Assembly (NCBI GenBank): GCA_016178075.1
Contig: JACOUA010000329.1
Span: 3,539-67,538, forward strand
DNA: 64,000 bases
Direction of reading: 5' to 3'
From: Acidobacteriota bacterium
Lineage (GTDB): Bacteria > Acidobacteriota > Vicinamibacteria > Vicinamibacterales > JACQTH01
In this document: piece after piece, positions 1 through 8,323 of the stretch
How the letters are laid out: the number at the start of each line of letters is the position of its first letter
Numbering within the stretch: the stretch's first letter is position 1
Program-made: the position numbers and the translations under genes
The notes under the pieces: generated by a model
What the model was told of the DNA's origin: nothing
The model's database searches: none
What the model saw: the letters and a program-made list of their open reading frames with translations, nothing else

Positions 1-1159
1 TCCGTCCCGGGCTTGCGGGCGGGTGCGCCGAGGTCACGGCCGTCACGAAGCGATTGAGCTCGGCCGTCGGCACGCGTTTCCGGCGACCGACCGCGACCTG
101 ATCGATAAGCTGCAGCAGCCGCTCCACGCGCTCACCTGTGCGGGCCGACAGGTGGACCACTGGCGCGTAGTCGAGAAACTTGAGCTGATATCGAATCCGC
201 TCGTCGAACGTCCTCACGAACTCCTGTCCGCTTCCCTTGACCAGATCCCATTTGTTGACGGCGATGATGATGCCGCGCCCCGCACGCTGAATCTCTCCCG
301 CAATGGCCGCGTCCTGGTCGGTCGCGCCCTCTCTCGCGTCCACGACCAGCACCGCCACATCGGCGCGCGCGATGGCGCGACGGGCGACCAGCACGCTCGT
401 GGCTTCGACCGCTCCCGATGCGGCCACCCGTCCGGGCCGACGGATGCCTGCGGTGTCGACGATGCGGAACGATCGACGGTGCCAGCGGAGAACGGCGTCG
501 ACGGCATCGCGCGTCGTGCCGGGCATGTCGCTGACCAGCACGCGCTCCTCGCGGAGCAAACGGTTCACCAGCGACGATTTGCCGACGTTCGGCCGACCGA
601 CGATCGCGACCCCGACCTCCGCTTGGACATGCTCCGGCGCCGTCGAGGTCCCGGGGAGGTGCCCGACGATCTGATCCAGCAGATCCGCCACGCCGAGACC
701 GTGTTCGGCCGAGATTTCGACCACGGGCTCGAATCCAAAGCGATAGAACTCGACAACGCTGCCGGCGGTCCGCCGATCGTCGGCTTTGTTGATCGCCACC
801 ACAACCGGGATGCCGAGCGGTCGAAGCTCGGTCGCGATCTCCTCGTCCCCAGGAACTTTGCCCTGAGGACCATCGACGAGGAACACGATCACGTCGGCGC
901 TGGCCAGGGCGTTGCGCCCGTGCTGAACGACCAGCGCGTGCAGCGGATCCCGGCTGGCGCCAAACATGCCGCCCGTGTCCGTCAGCTCGAACTCGACATC
1001 GCGCCACGACACCCGCTGCGCGATCACGTCCCTGGTTGTCCCAGGCATCGGCGCGACGATCGCGCGGCGTGAGCCGGCGACTCTGTTGAACAGCGTGGAT
1101 TTGCCGACGTTGGGCCGGCCAACGAGCACGACCCGCGCCAGACGGCGCTGATTCATCAT
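1..1159 (-). CDS. der: Ribosome-associated GTPase Der/EngA (N-terminal ~385 codons; 3' end runs off the left edge)
   Basis: Absent from the ORF track because the frame stays open to the window edge. Reverse translation from ATGATG at 1159/1156 reads MMNQRRLARVVLVGRPNVGKSTLFNR...DTGG...NKAD. A second GTPase domain follows: VAIVGRPNVGKSSLVNRLL...DTAG...NKWD. This tandem P-loop architecture is diagnostic of Der. Confidence 0.9.
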   Translation of the reverse strand, partial: MMNQRRLARVVLVGRPNVGKSTLFNRVAGSRRAIVAPMPGTTRDVIAQRVSWRDVEFELTDTGGMFGASRDPLHALVVQHGRNALASADVIVFLVDGPQGKVPGDEEIATELRPLGIPVVVAINKADDRRTAGSVVEFYRFGFEPVVEISAEHGLGVADLLDQIVGHLPGTSTAPEHVQAEVGVAIVGRPNVGKSSLVNRLLREERVLVSDMPGTTRDAVDAVLRWHRRSFRIVDTAGIRRPGRVAASGAVEATSVLVARRAIARADVAVLVVDAREGATDQDAAIAGEIQRAGRGIIIAVNKWDLVKGSGQEFVRTFDERIRYQLKFLDYAPVVHLSARTGERVERLLQLIDQVAVGRRKRVPTAELNRFVTAVTSAHPPASPGR

Positions 1160-1182
1160 TGCTGATGCATCATTAATAATGT

Positions 1183-1330
1183 GCGGTGGGGCCCCCACGC
1201 CCACCGCCTGCCGTCCGCCTTCGCCAAGGCTACGGCGGACAAGCGGCCTTGCCCGCCGAAGCTCGAAGAGCGCAGGCGGGTCGCTGCTCGCTCGCCCGGT
1301 TGACTCGAACCAACGATCCGCTGCGTGCAG
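1183..1330. repeat. ~140-nt GC-rich interspersed repeat, copy 1 (GGGGCCCCCAC..CCACCGCCTGCC..TCCGCCTTCGCCAAGGCTACGGCGGACAAGCGGCCTTGCCCGCCGA..)
   Basis: Near-identical to 14256-14441. Lies just upstream of the der start codon in the der/ihf divergent spacer. Generates spurious ORFs (..ALAKADGRRWAWGPH..). Confidence 0.85.
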
Positions 1331-1434
1331 CAACCACAGCCCCGACCCATCATGCCCGCCGCGGCGCGCTCAGTAGGTCACTATCGTATGTCCGGTGGCG
1401 CAGCGCTTTCAGCTCGCGCGGGCTGGGCGGCGGC

Positions 1435-1464
1435 TTGACAGCGTTAAGTGTATGTATCTATAGT
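1435..1464 (+). promoter_or_regulatory. Sigma70-like promoter for the HU/IHF gene (TTGACA-18 nt-TATAGT)
   Basis: Consensus -35 TTGACA and near-consensus -10 TATAGT about 35 nt upstream of ATG 1498. AGGAGG lies ~12 nt before the ATG and can pair with an upstream CCTCC (CCTCCatacaGGAGG). Confidence 0.55.
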
Positions 1465-1497
1465 ATTTAGCCTCCATACAGGAGGCAGTCGGACCTC

Positions 1498-1767
1498 ATG
1501 ATCAAGCTCGACATTGTCAACGAAGTCTCGAAAGCGGCCGAGATTACGAAGGTCAAGGCCGAGTTGGCGGTGGACGCGGTCTTCGACGCGATGCGGGTGT
1601 CGATGCAGCGTGGCGAGCGGATTGAGCTTCGAGGGTTTGGCGTGTTTCAGGTCAAGCCGCGCAAGCGCGGGATCGGACGCAATCCTCGAACAGGGAAAGA
1701 GGTCCGTATCCCCCCCGGTCGTACGATTCGCTTCAAGCCCGGTAAGGACCTGCAGAACATCAGCTAG
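1498..1767 (+). CDS. HU/IHF-family (DNABII) DNA-binding protein
   Basis: 89 aa. RGFGVFQVKPRKRGIGRNPRTGKEVRIPPGRTIRFKPG is the beta-arm signature of HU/IHF proteins. Strong RBS and promoter. Confidence 0.92.
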   Translation: MIKLDIVNEVSKAAEITKVKAELAVDAVFDAMRVSMQRGERIELRGFGVFQVKPRKRGIGRNPRTGKEVRIPPGRTIRFKPGKDLQNIS

Positions 1768-1784
1768 CCGTGCTGGCACGGCTA
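1765..1784 (+). terminator. Perfect 9-bp hairpin starting in the ihf stop codon (TAGCCGTGC-tg-GCACGGCTA), no U-tract
   Basis: Read directly from the sequence. No T-run follows, so terminator function is uncertain. Confidence 0.4.
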
Positions 1785-1825
1785 GAATGTGTGCGAGCGT
1801 GTCAATGTCGCCGCGCAAGCCCGGG

Positions 1826-1856
1826 GTCCCCAACGCGGCAGCCGCGTTGGGGTGGA
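1826..1856. repeat. CCCCAACGCG-loop-CGCGTTGGGGTGG hairpin module, copy 1
   Basis: The same module recurs at ~49170-49210 and ~58085-58125. Confidence 0.75.
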
Positions 1857-1896
1857 AGCCCGGCTTAGGCGCGGCCGCGAGCGCGGCCGCGCAACT

Positions 1897-1958
1897 AGTA
1901 ACGAAGCTTCGCCCACCGGAGCTTCAGTATCACTCGTTCTAGGCGAAGCTTCGTTACT
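1897..1958. repeat. Hairpin element with a 17-bp perfect inverted repeat (AGTAACGAAGCTTCGCC ... GGCGAAGCTTCGTTACT)
   Basis: Perfect complementarity read from the sequence. Flanked by CTA / TTG. The right arm overlaps the annotated TTG start of the M50 protease ORF. Confidence 0.8.
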
Positions 1959-3001
1959 TGCCACCTCAAGACCCCGAACCCTGGGATTCGTTGCCTCCTG
2001 AATCTTCGAGCCACCGGAGCGTCGAGTCCGGCTGGGCCGGCGAGAAGTCCCTGTCCGGTTGGTCGACCTCGCCGCCGCAGCCGGCGGTTCCGTCGCGTTC
2101 GAGGGATCGCGTCTGGTTGCACGTGCTGCTTTTCTGCCTGACCGCGATCACCACCACCTTTGTAGGCGGCCTCCACTACTCAGCCTTCCTGCAGGATTTT
2201 CGGAGTGTCGCGCCCCTCGTGCCGGCCACGCGCCAGCTGATGCTGAAGGGCCTTTGGTACTCGGCGACGATTCTGGGCATCCTCGGCACGCACGAGATGG
2301 GTCACTACCTCGCCTGCCGCTACTACGGCGTCAACGCGTCGCTCCCGTACTTTCTTCCCGCGCCGATCGCGCTGACGGGTACGCTGGGCGCGTTTATCCG
2401 GATCCGGCAGCCGATTCGCAGCAAGCGGACGTTGTTCGACATTGGCGTCGCCGGACCGATCGCGGGGTTTCTCGTCGCAGTGCCCGCGCTGTTCATCGGG
2501 CTGTCCTTGTCGCACGTCGCAAGGGTGCCGTCCGACTTCACGGGTCTCTCGCTGGGCGAGCCGCTGCTCTTTCAATGGGCAACGCGGCTGGTCTGGGGAA
2601 CGGTGCCCGAGGGGTATTCGGTGAATCTCCACCCGATGGCCTTCGCCGCGTGGTTCGGCCTGCTGGCGACGGCGCTCAACCTGTTTCCCCTCGGCCAGCT
2701 CGACGGCGGGCATGTCTCCTATGCGGTGCTGGGACGCCGCTCGACGATCGTCACGCTCGCGACGGTGATGGCGGCCATCCTGCTGACCGTCGTCTACTCA
2801 CTGAGCTGGCTGGTCTGGACGGTCCTGATGGTCGTGATGCTGTTTGCGTTCGGTCCGGCGCATCCACCGACGCCTGACGAGCACGTTCCGCTCGACCGCG
2901 TGCGGTTGTGGCTGGCCGTGTTCGCGCTCGTGATGTTCGTCGTCTGCTTCACGCCCGCGCCGGTCGAGCCGCTGGAGCTGCTCGAGCCGCCGAATCGATA
3001 A
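1958..3001 (+). CDS. Site-2 protease family (peptidase M50) membrane metalloprotease
   Basis: HEMGHY (HExxH) and NLFPLGQLDGGH motifs in a polytopic membrane protein. The true start is uncertain: TTG at 1958, with no internal ATG before the first TM segment. Confidence 0.85.
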   Translation: MPPQDPEPWDSLPPESSSHRSVESGWAGEKSLSGWSTSPPQPAVPSRSRDRVWLHVLLFCLTAITTTFVGGLHYSAFLQDFRSVAPLVPATRQLMLKGLWYSATILGILGTHEMGHYLACRYYGVNASLPYFLPAPIALTGTLGAFIRIRQPIRSKRTLFDIGVAGPIAGFLVAVPALFIGLSLSHVARVPSDFTGLSLGEPLLFQWATRLVWGTVPEGYSVNLHPMAFAAWFGLLATALNLFPLGQLDGGHVSYAVLGRRSTIVTLATVMAAILLTVVYSLSWLVWTVLMVVMLFAFGPAHPPTPDEHVPLDRVRLWLAVFALVMFVVCFTPAPVEPLELLEPPNR

Positions 3002-3050
3002 CCAAGTTCTCAGTTCACAGTTCTTGGTTTTCAGTGAAAACTGAAAACTT
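2999..3050. repeat. Heptamer-type hairpin (CAGTTYT family, short copy) between convergent M50 protease and priA
   Basis: AACCAAG..CTTGGTT and GTTTTCAG-tgaaaa-CTGAAAAC stems, followed by TTTT. Confidence 0.7.
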
Positions 3051-3051
3051 T

Positions 3052-5157
3052 TCAAAGCACCTGCATGGGATCGACGTCAACGATGACACGCCGCCGGAGC
3101 TCCGGACGACGGTCGAGCGCCGTCAGCACCGCGTCTCGCATCGAGGCCCGACTGGTTCCCTTCAAGAACATCTGAACGCGGTACTCTCCCCGGAGCTTCA
3201 CGAACGGCGCCGGGGCTGGACCGAGGACGGAAAAGGCGTCGCGAGCATGCGATCGCAGCTCTTCGGCCACATCGCATGCCTCGTCCATCGTGCCGCTGAG
3301 CGTCCGGCCGCGCACGACCGCGTTGACCATCGCGATGATCGGCGGATACCGCATCGCCCGCCGGTATCGCAGCTCGGCGGCGAAGAACGCCTCGTAGTCC
3401 TGCCGGCAGGCGTGGACGATGCTGTAGTGATCCGGATAGAGCGTCTGGATGATCGCCTCGCCGGACTTGTCACCGCGGCCCGCGCGACCCACGACCTGCG
3501 TCAAGAGCTGAAATGTGCGCTCGGCCGCTCGAAAGTCCGGCAGGCCGAGACCAACGTCCGCTGACACCACGCCGACGAGCGTGACCGATGGGAAGTCGTG
3601 GCCCTTGGCGATCATCTGGGTCCCGACCAGCACGTCGATCTCGCGGGCGGCGAACGACGCCAGAAGTCGAGGCAGCGCGCCGCGTCGTCTGATGACGTCG
3701 CGATCGAGACGCGCGATCCGCGCGAGCGGGAACCGCGCCCGGACCTCCTCTTCCACTCGCTCGGTCCCGATCCCCAGGTGTTCGAGGTACGGCGCCGCGC
3801 ACAATGGGCACGCCTTCGGCACGCGCATCGAGTAGTTGCAGTAGTGACACCGCGCGCGGGCGCCCTCGAGGGTCACGGCGCCTTCGCCTGCCTGCCGCGG
3901 CTGATGCACGGTCAGGGACACGCTGCAGTTTGGGCACTCGAGAGTTCCCGCGCACTGCCGGCAGAAGACGGCCCGGGCAAAGCCGCGGCGATTGAGCAGC
4001 AGCAGCACCTGTTCCTGCGCGGCCAGGCGCTCGTCGATGGCCTGCTCGAGCGCGCGACTGAGCGAGATCTCCGGTCCACGCTCCGCGTACTCGTCGCGCA
4101 TGTCCACGAGCCGGACCGCGGCCAGCGGCCGATCCAGCACTCGCCGCGAGATCGTCATCAGCTCGTACCGCCCCTGCCGCGCGTTGTGGTAACTCTCGAG
4201 CGACGGCGTCGCCGACCCGAGCACCACCAGCGCACCGGCCCGCCTCGCCCGGACGATCGCGACATCGCGAGCGTGGTACCGTGGTGTCTCTTCCTGTTTG
4301 TACGAGCCGTCGTGCTCCTCGTCGACGATGACGAGGCCGAGCGCCGGGAGCGGCCCGAAGACCGCCGACCGTGTCCCGACGACGACGTCGATGGAGCCTT
4401 CCCGGATCCGCTGCCACTGATCGCGGCGCGCCCCGTCGGAGAGCCCGCTGTGCTGGATCGCCACGCGGTCGCCGAAGGCGCCGCGGCACTGGGCGACCAT
4501 CGCCCCCGTCAGGCCAATCTCCGGCACGAGCATCAGGACGCGGCGTTGGCGCGCCCGCACCTCGGCCGAGAGCCGCAGGTAGATCTCCGTTTTGCCGCTG
4601 CCCGTGACGCCGTGGAGGAGCGCAACGTGGAACACCTCTCGCGACGCGGCCCCGGCGAGCTGAGCGAGCGTTGCCGCCTGCTCGACCGTCAGCGTCCGGC
4701 TGATTGCGGCGTCCGCGAGCGGCCACTCGAGGTCCGGCGATGTCGCAGGCTTGCGCCTGCGCGTCTTGATCGCCGATCCGTCGGCAAGACGTCGGGCCGC
4801 ATCGCCTTCCATCCACGATCGCGGCGGCATCGCCGCATCGATGGCGTCTCCCGGTCCGCAGCCATAGTAGTCAGCCACCCACAGCGCCAGGTCGACGACC
4901 TCCTGCGGCAGGAACGGTCCATCGTCCAGGACCCGGACGAGATCCTTGAAATCGTGCTCGCGTTCCGCCTCGGCCGAGTCCCCTCCTCGGTCATCAAGGG
5001 GATCGGCATGGGGACCGTCGATCACCACACCCGTCACCATGCGGCTGCCGAGCGGCACCAGCACCCTCGCGCCCCTGGTCGGCGGGTTCATGCCCTCGGG
5101 GATTCGGTACGTGAGCAGGTTGAGGAAGGGGACCGGGACAGCGACAGAGACAACCAT
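3052..5157 (-). CDS. priA: Primosomal protein N' (replication restart helicase PriA)
   Basis: 701 aa. Walker A GVTGSGKTEIY, DEEHD box, Cys-rich zinc insert CRQC..CPNC...CHYC..CPLC. Confidence 0.95.
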   Translation of the reverse strand: MVVSVAVPVPFLNLLTYRIPEGMNPPTRGARVLVPLGSRMVTGVVIDGPHADPLDDRGGDSAEAEREHDFKDLVRVLDDGPFLPQEVVDLALWVADYYGCGPGDAIDAAMPPRSWMEGDAARRLADGSAIKTRRRKPATSPDLEWPLADAAISRTLTVEQAATLAQLAGAASREVFHVALLHGVTGSGKTEIYLRLSAEVRARQRRVLMLVPEIGLTGAMVAQCRGAFGDRVAIQHSGLSDGARRDQWQRIREGSIDVVVGTRSAVFGPLPALGLVIVDEEHDGSYKQEETPRYHARDVAIVRARRAGALVVLGSATPSLESYHNARQGRYELMTISRRVLDRPLAAVRLVDMRDEYAERGPEISLSRALEQAIDERLAAQEQVLLLLNRRGFARAVFCRQCAGTLECPNCSVSLTVHQPRQAGEGAVTLEGARARCHYCNYSMRVPKACPLCAAPYLEHLGIGTERVEEEVRARFPLARIARLDRDVIRRRGALPRLLASFAAREIDVLVGTQMIAKGHDFPSVTLVGVVSADVGLGLPDFRAAERTFQLLTQVVGRAGRGDKSGEAIIQTLYPDHYSIVHACRQDYEAFFAAELRYRRAMRYPPIIAMVNAVVRGRTLSGTMDEACDVAEELRSHARDAFSVLGPAPAPFVKLRGEYRVQMFLKGTSRASMRDAVLTALDRRPELRRRVIVDVDPMQVL

Positions 5158-5190
5158 TTGAAAATCTAGTTACCAAATGCATTGATCGAT

Positions 5191-5964
5191 TTATTCCCTC
5201 AGGATCGACCTGACCTTCTTCATGTCTTCCCACACGTCGCGCTTGCGATCGGGACTGCGGAGAAGGAATGCCGGATGGAAGGTCGCGATGAGCTGGGCGT
5301 CGCCGTGCTTGTAGACGCGGCCTCGCAGCTTCGAGATCGGATCTTGTGTCTTCAAGAGTGTTTGGGCCGCGAACTTGCCGAGCGCCACAATCACCTTCGG
5401 CTGGATCGAGGCGATCTGGCGGAACAGGAAGGGCTCGCAGGTGGCGACTTCATCCGGATCCGGGTTGCGATTGCCCGGCGGCCGGCATTTGATCACGTTC
5501 GCGATGTAAACCTCGTCCCGCTTGAGGCCGATTGATTCGATGATCTTCGTCAGGAGCTGCCCCGCGCGGCCGACGAACGGGATGCCCTGGATGTCTTCGT
5601 CCTGCCCCGGTGCCTCGCCGACGAACATCAGGTCGGCGTTCGGGTGGCCGACGCCGAAGACGATGTGCGTGCGACCTGCCTTACAGAGCTTGCAGCGCGT
5701 GCAGTCGCCGATGTCGGCGCGAATATCGGCGAGCGCTTCCCCGCCCGCTCCAGTGGATACCGCGACGGCCGGCGACATGTCGGCGGCGCTCGCCGCGTTC
5801 CACGCATCGTCGGCGCGCTGCCGCCATTTCGGATCGCGGCTCAAGCCGGTCACGCCAAGCTCACTCAGAAACACCAGGTGTTCGGCAAGTTGATCGCGGA
5901 GATCCATGAGGGAAGACGTCCCGAGATTATAGGCCGCGAACGAGAAAGAGCTCGTGAGGCGCAC
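5191..5964 (-). CDS. Uracil-DNA glycosylase, family 4 (Fe-S type)
   Basis: [23 protein letters not shown] and a CTRCKLC cluster motif. The start may be the internal ATG (MDLRDQ..). Confidence 0.9.
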   Translation of the reverse strand: MRLTSSFSFAAYNLGTSSLMDLRDQLAEHLVFLSELGVTGLSRDPKWRQRADDAWNAASAADMSPAVAVSTGAGGEALADIRADIGDCTRCKLCKAGRTHIVFGVGHPNADLMFVGEAPGQDEDIQGIPFVGRAGQLLTKIIESIGLKRDEVYIANVIKCRPPGNRNPDPDEVATCEPFLFRQIASIQPKVIVALGKFAAQTLLKTQDPISKLRGRVYKHGDAQLIATFHPAFLLRSPDRKRDVWEDMKKVRSILRE

Positions 5965-5976
5965 GGCTCATCAGAG

Positions 5977-7218
5977 CTAGGACCTCGTCCCCGCGGCGGC
6001 TTGCGGTTTCTGAAGCATCGCTTCGACGCGATCAAGGATCGTCGCCGCGATCTCGCGCTTCGTCCGAAGGGCCGGCAGCTCGGCGCCCGCCCCGCCGCCT
6101 TCATCATCGGCAGCGATGAGCGCCACGGCATTCGCGTCGCCCTCGAACCCCGTGCCCTCGCGCGACACGTCGTTGGCGACGATGAGATCGATTTTCTTCC
6201 GGCGCAGCTTCTCGCGCGCTTTGGCGTCGACGTTCGAGGTTTCAGCGGCAAAGCCGACGAGCAGCGGACGCTCCCGTCCGCCTACCGCCCTCCACTGACC
6301 GAGATCCGCGAGCACGTCGGGCGTCCGCTCGAGCGCGAGCACCATGCCATCCGCCTGTTTTGCAATCTTCTCCGCCTCGCTGTGCCGCGGCGCGTAGTCG
6401 GCGACCGCCGCCGCCATGATGACGACCTCGACCGCGGGCGCGCGCTGCATCACCGCCCCATGCATCTCGGTCGCGCGTCTCACGCGCACCAGCTCGGACA
6501 CCTGAGGGGGAGCCAACGGCGTCGGCCCCATCACCAGCACCACATCGGCGCCGCGCGCGGTGGCCTCCGCGGCAAGGGCGAACCCCATCTTGCCGCTCGA
6601 CCGATTGCCGATGAAGCGCACGGGATCGAGGTCTTCGTAGGTGGGACCCGCGGTCACGAGGACCTTGCGGCCCGCGAGCGGTCCGCTCGGCCGCAGCATC
6701 GCCTCCGCGGCTTCGACGACCGCGTCGGGCTCGGCGAGCCGGCCCTTCCCAATCCAGCCGCACGCGAGATAGCCGGATCCCGGCTCGACGAACCGCACGC
6801 CGCGCGCCGACAGCGTCGCGATGTTCCGCTTGACCGCCTCGTGCTCGAGCATATTCGTGTTCATGGCCGGGGCCATCAACACCGGCGCTCTGATGGCCAG
6901 ATACAGCGAGGACAGGAAATCGTCTGCAATGCCGTTCGCGAACTTGCCGATCACGTTCGCCGTCGCGGGCGCGACGACGAGCAGGCTCGCCGCCGTCGCC
7001 AGCGAGATGTGTTCGATGTCCGCGTTAGCTCCCTCGGCGAACTGGCTCGTAATGACGCGCCTCCGGGTGATCGCCTCGAAGGTAAGCGGCCCGACGAACT
7101 TCCGGGCCGATCGCGTCATGATCGCCACGACGTCGTGGCCACGACTCTGCAGGCCGCGCGCGATCTCGACCGCCTTGTAGGCGCCGATCCCGCCGCAGAC
7201 GCCAAGGGCTACCAGCAT
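5977..7218 (-). CDS. coaBC: Bifunctional phosphopantothenoylcysteine decarboxylase / phosphopantothenate-cysteine ligase
   Basis: N-terminal flavoprotein domain (GVCGGIGAYKAVEIAR, PAMNTNM) plus a C-terminal CoaB domain. The ORF track extends to 7269, but those extra codons lie in a heptamer repeat. ATG at 7218 (MLVALGV..) fits homologue N-termini. Confidence 0.92.
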   Translation of the reverse strand: MLVALGVCGGIGAYKAVEIARGLQSRGHDVVAIMTRSARKFVGPLTFEAITRRRVITSQFAEGANADIEHISLATAASLLVVAPATANVIGKFANGIADDFLSSLYLAIRAPVLMAPAMNTNMLEHEAVKRNIATLSARGVRFVEPGSGYLACGWIGKGRLAEPDAVVEAAEAMLRPSGPLAGRKVLVTAGPTYEDLDPVRFIGNRSSGKMGFALAAEATARGADVVLVMGPTPLAPPQVSELVRVRRATEMHGAVMQRAPAVEVVIMAAAVADYAPRHSEAEKIAKQADGMVLALERTPDVLADLGQWRAVGGRERPLLVGFAAETSNVDAKAREKLRRKKIDLIVANDVSREGTGFEGDANAVALIAADDEGGGAGAELPALRTKREIAATILDRVEAMLQKPQAAAGTRS

Positions 7219-7231
7219 GATCAGAACATCG

Positions 7232-7319
7232 TCATTGCGGATTGCGGACTGCGGATTGATTCCCACCAATCAATACTCGACAATCAATCCGCATTCGGCA
7301 ACCTCCAATCCGCGATTCT
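7232..7319. repeat. Heptamer-type hairpin, word GCGGATT / AATCCGC, between coaBC start and rpoZ stop
   Basis: Left arm cattGCGGATTGCGGACTGCGGATTGATTccc. Right arm caATCAATCCGCATTCGGCAACCTCCAATCCGCgattc. Confidence 0.75.
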
Positions 7320-7550
7320 TCACCTATTCTCCGCCGCGCGCTCCCCTCCCGGACTCGGCGGGGCGACCTCGGCGGCACCCTGCTCCGTTTCAGGAGCGAC
7401 CGCACCGCCCAGGACTTCACGCTGGGCGGTCGTCACGGGCTTGGTCGACGCGGTGACGCGCGGCTGCGCCCCCCGCATCAGCTGGCGCGCGCGCGCGCCC
7501 GCCACGACGACGAATTCGAAGGAATTAGTCAGTTTGGATCTATCTATCAT
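7320..7550 (-). CDS. rpoZ: DNA-directed RNA polymerase subunit omega
   Basis: 76 aa. NSFEFVVVAGARARQL matches the conserved RpoZ core. Conserved gmk-rpoZ-coaBC neighbourhood. Confidence 0.82.
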   Translation of the reverse strand: MIDRSKLTNSFEFVVVAGARARQLMRGAQPRVTASTKPVTTAQREVLGGAVAPETEQGAAEVAPPSPGGERAAENR

Positions 7551-7576
7551 GCCCCACCCCCACCGCCAGGCGTCGC

Positions 7577-8323
7577 TTACGCGCCGGATCTTGCTTGTTT
7601 CGTCCGGTCATCTGCGAACGTCTCGATGATGCGTTCGGCCTCGGATCCCGTCGCCCGCCGACTGGCCCGCTCGGCGATGACAATCGACCGCAGCCGCTCG
7701 ACCGCCGACTCGAGCTCGTCGTTGATCACCAGGTAATCGTACTCACGAAACGCCCCGACTTCCTCACGTGCGACTGCCAGCCGCCGCCGAATTTGCGCCT
7801 CGTCGTCCTGGCTCCTGCCCCTCAGTCGCCGCTCCAGGATGGCGAACGAGGGCGGCAGGACGAAGATCGACGTGGCCGGAATGCCGCGCTCGCGCACCTG
7901 GCGCGCGCCCTGCACGTCGATGACCAGGACCAGATCCTCGCCGCGTGCCAGGACCCGCTCGGTGTCGGCCAGCGCGGTCCCGTACAGGTTGCCGAAAACG
8001 TCGGCCGACTCCATGAACTCGTCGGCCCCAATCATCGCGTCGAAACGCGCCCGACTGATGAAATGGTAGTCGACCCCGTCGATTTCGCCGGCCCGCACCG
8101 GCCTCGACGTGTACGATCGCGACATCCGCAGGTTCGGCACTCCCTCGATCAGCCGCTCGACCAGCGTCGTCTTGCCGGTACCTGAAGGCGCGGAGACGAC
8201 GAACAACAATCCCCGCCTCTCGACAGGCTCGAGGCGCCCTGCGCCTGTCGTCCCTCGACCGGGCTCGGGACGACCCTGTGGCTCTCGAAAAGTCGGGCGG
8301 CGACCTGCTGGCTCACTCGACAT
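7577..8323 (-). CDS. gmk: Guanylate kinase with a repeat-derived N-terminal extension
   Basis: P-loop SAPSGTGKTTL and SRSYTSRPVRAGEIDGVDYHFI. There is no start codon between the repeat and the P-loop, so the ~35-codon extension (..REPQGRPEPGRGTT..) must be translated. Confidence 0.9.
   Translation of the reverse strand: MSSEPAGRRPTFREPQGRPEPGRGTTGAGRLEPVERRGLLFVVSAPSGTGKTTLVERLIEGVPNLRMSRSYTSRPVRAGEIDGVDYHFISRARFDAMIGADEFMESADVFGNLYGTALADTERVLARGEDLVLVIDVQGARQVRERGIPATSIFVLPPSFAILERRLRGRSQDDEAQIRRRLAVAREEVGAFREYDYLVINDELESAVERLRSIVIAERASRRATGSEAERIIETFADDRTKQARSGA
8225..8290. repeat. GC-rich palindromic repeat (GTCGTCCC-N12-GGGACGAC core) inside the gmk 5' coding region
   Basis: GTCGTCCCtcgaccgggctcGGGACGAC at ~8247-8274. 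Same family as 11775-11870 and 16340-16500. Confidence 0.85.

Noticed and set aside
23-1072. 349-aa plus-strand ORF, the longest ORF listed at the left edge
   Set aside because: It is the antisense shadow of der. Its sequence is Arg/Asp/His-rich low-complexity with no motifs, whereas the opposite strand gives a perfect Der GTPase.
1156-1376. Short ORFs over GC-rich repeats (1156..1353 -, 1179..1376 +, 14063..14314 -, 14166..14555 +, 34814..35116 -, 48936..49217 -)
   Set aside because: Their apparent similarity to each other (..ALAKADGRRW.WGPH.., ..SSRLAGRAPRRP..) comes from repeated DNA read in arbitrary frames. They lie in intergenic hairpin elements.
3598-5169. 523-aa plus-strand ORF (and 3470..4816 minus, 448 aa)
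   Set aside because: These are alternative-frame or antisense shadows of priA. They have Arg/Pro/Gly-rich composition typical of out-of-frame GC-rich DNA.
5644-7629. 661-aa plus-strand ORF spanning udg, coaBC and rpoZ
   Set aside because: It is antisense to three well-supported minus-strand genes and has no recognisable domains.
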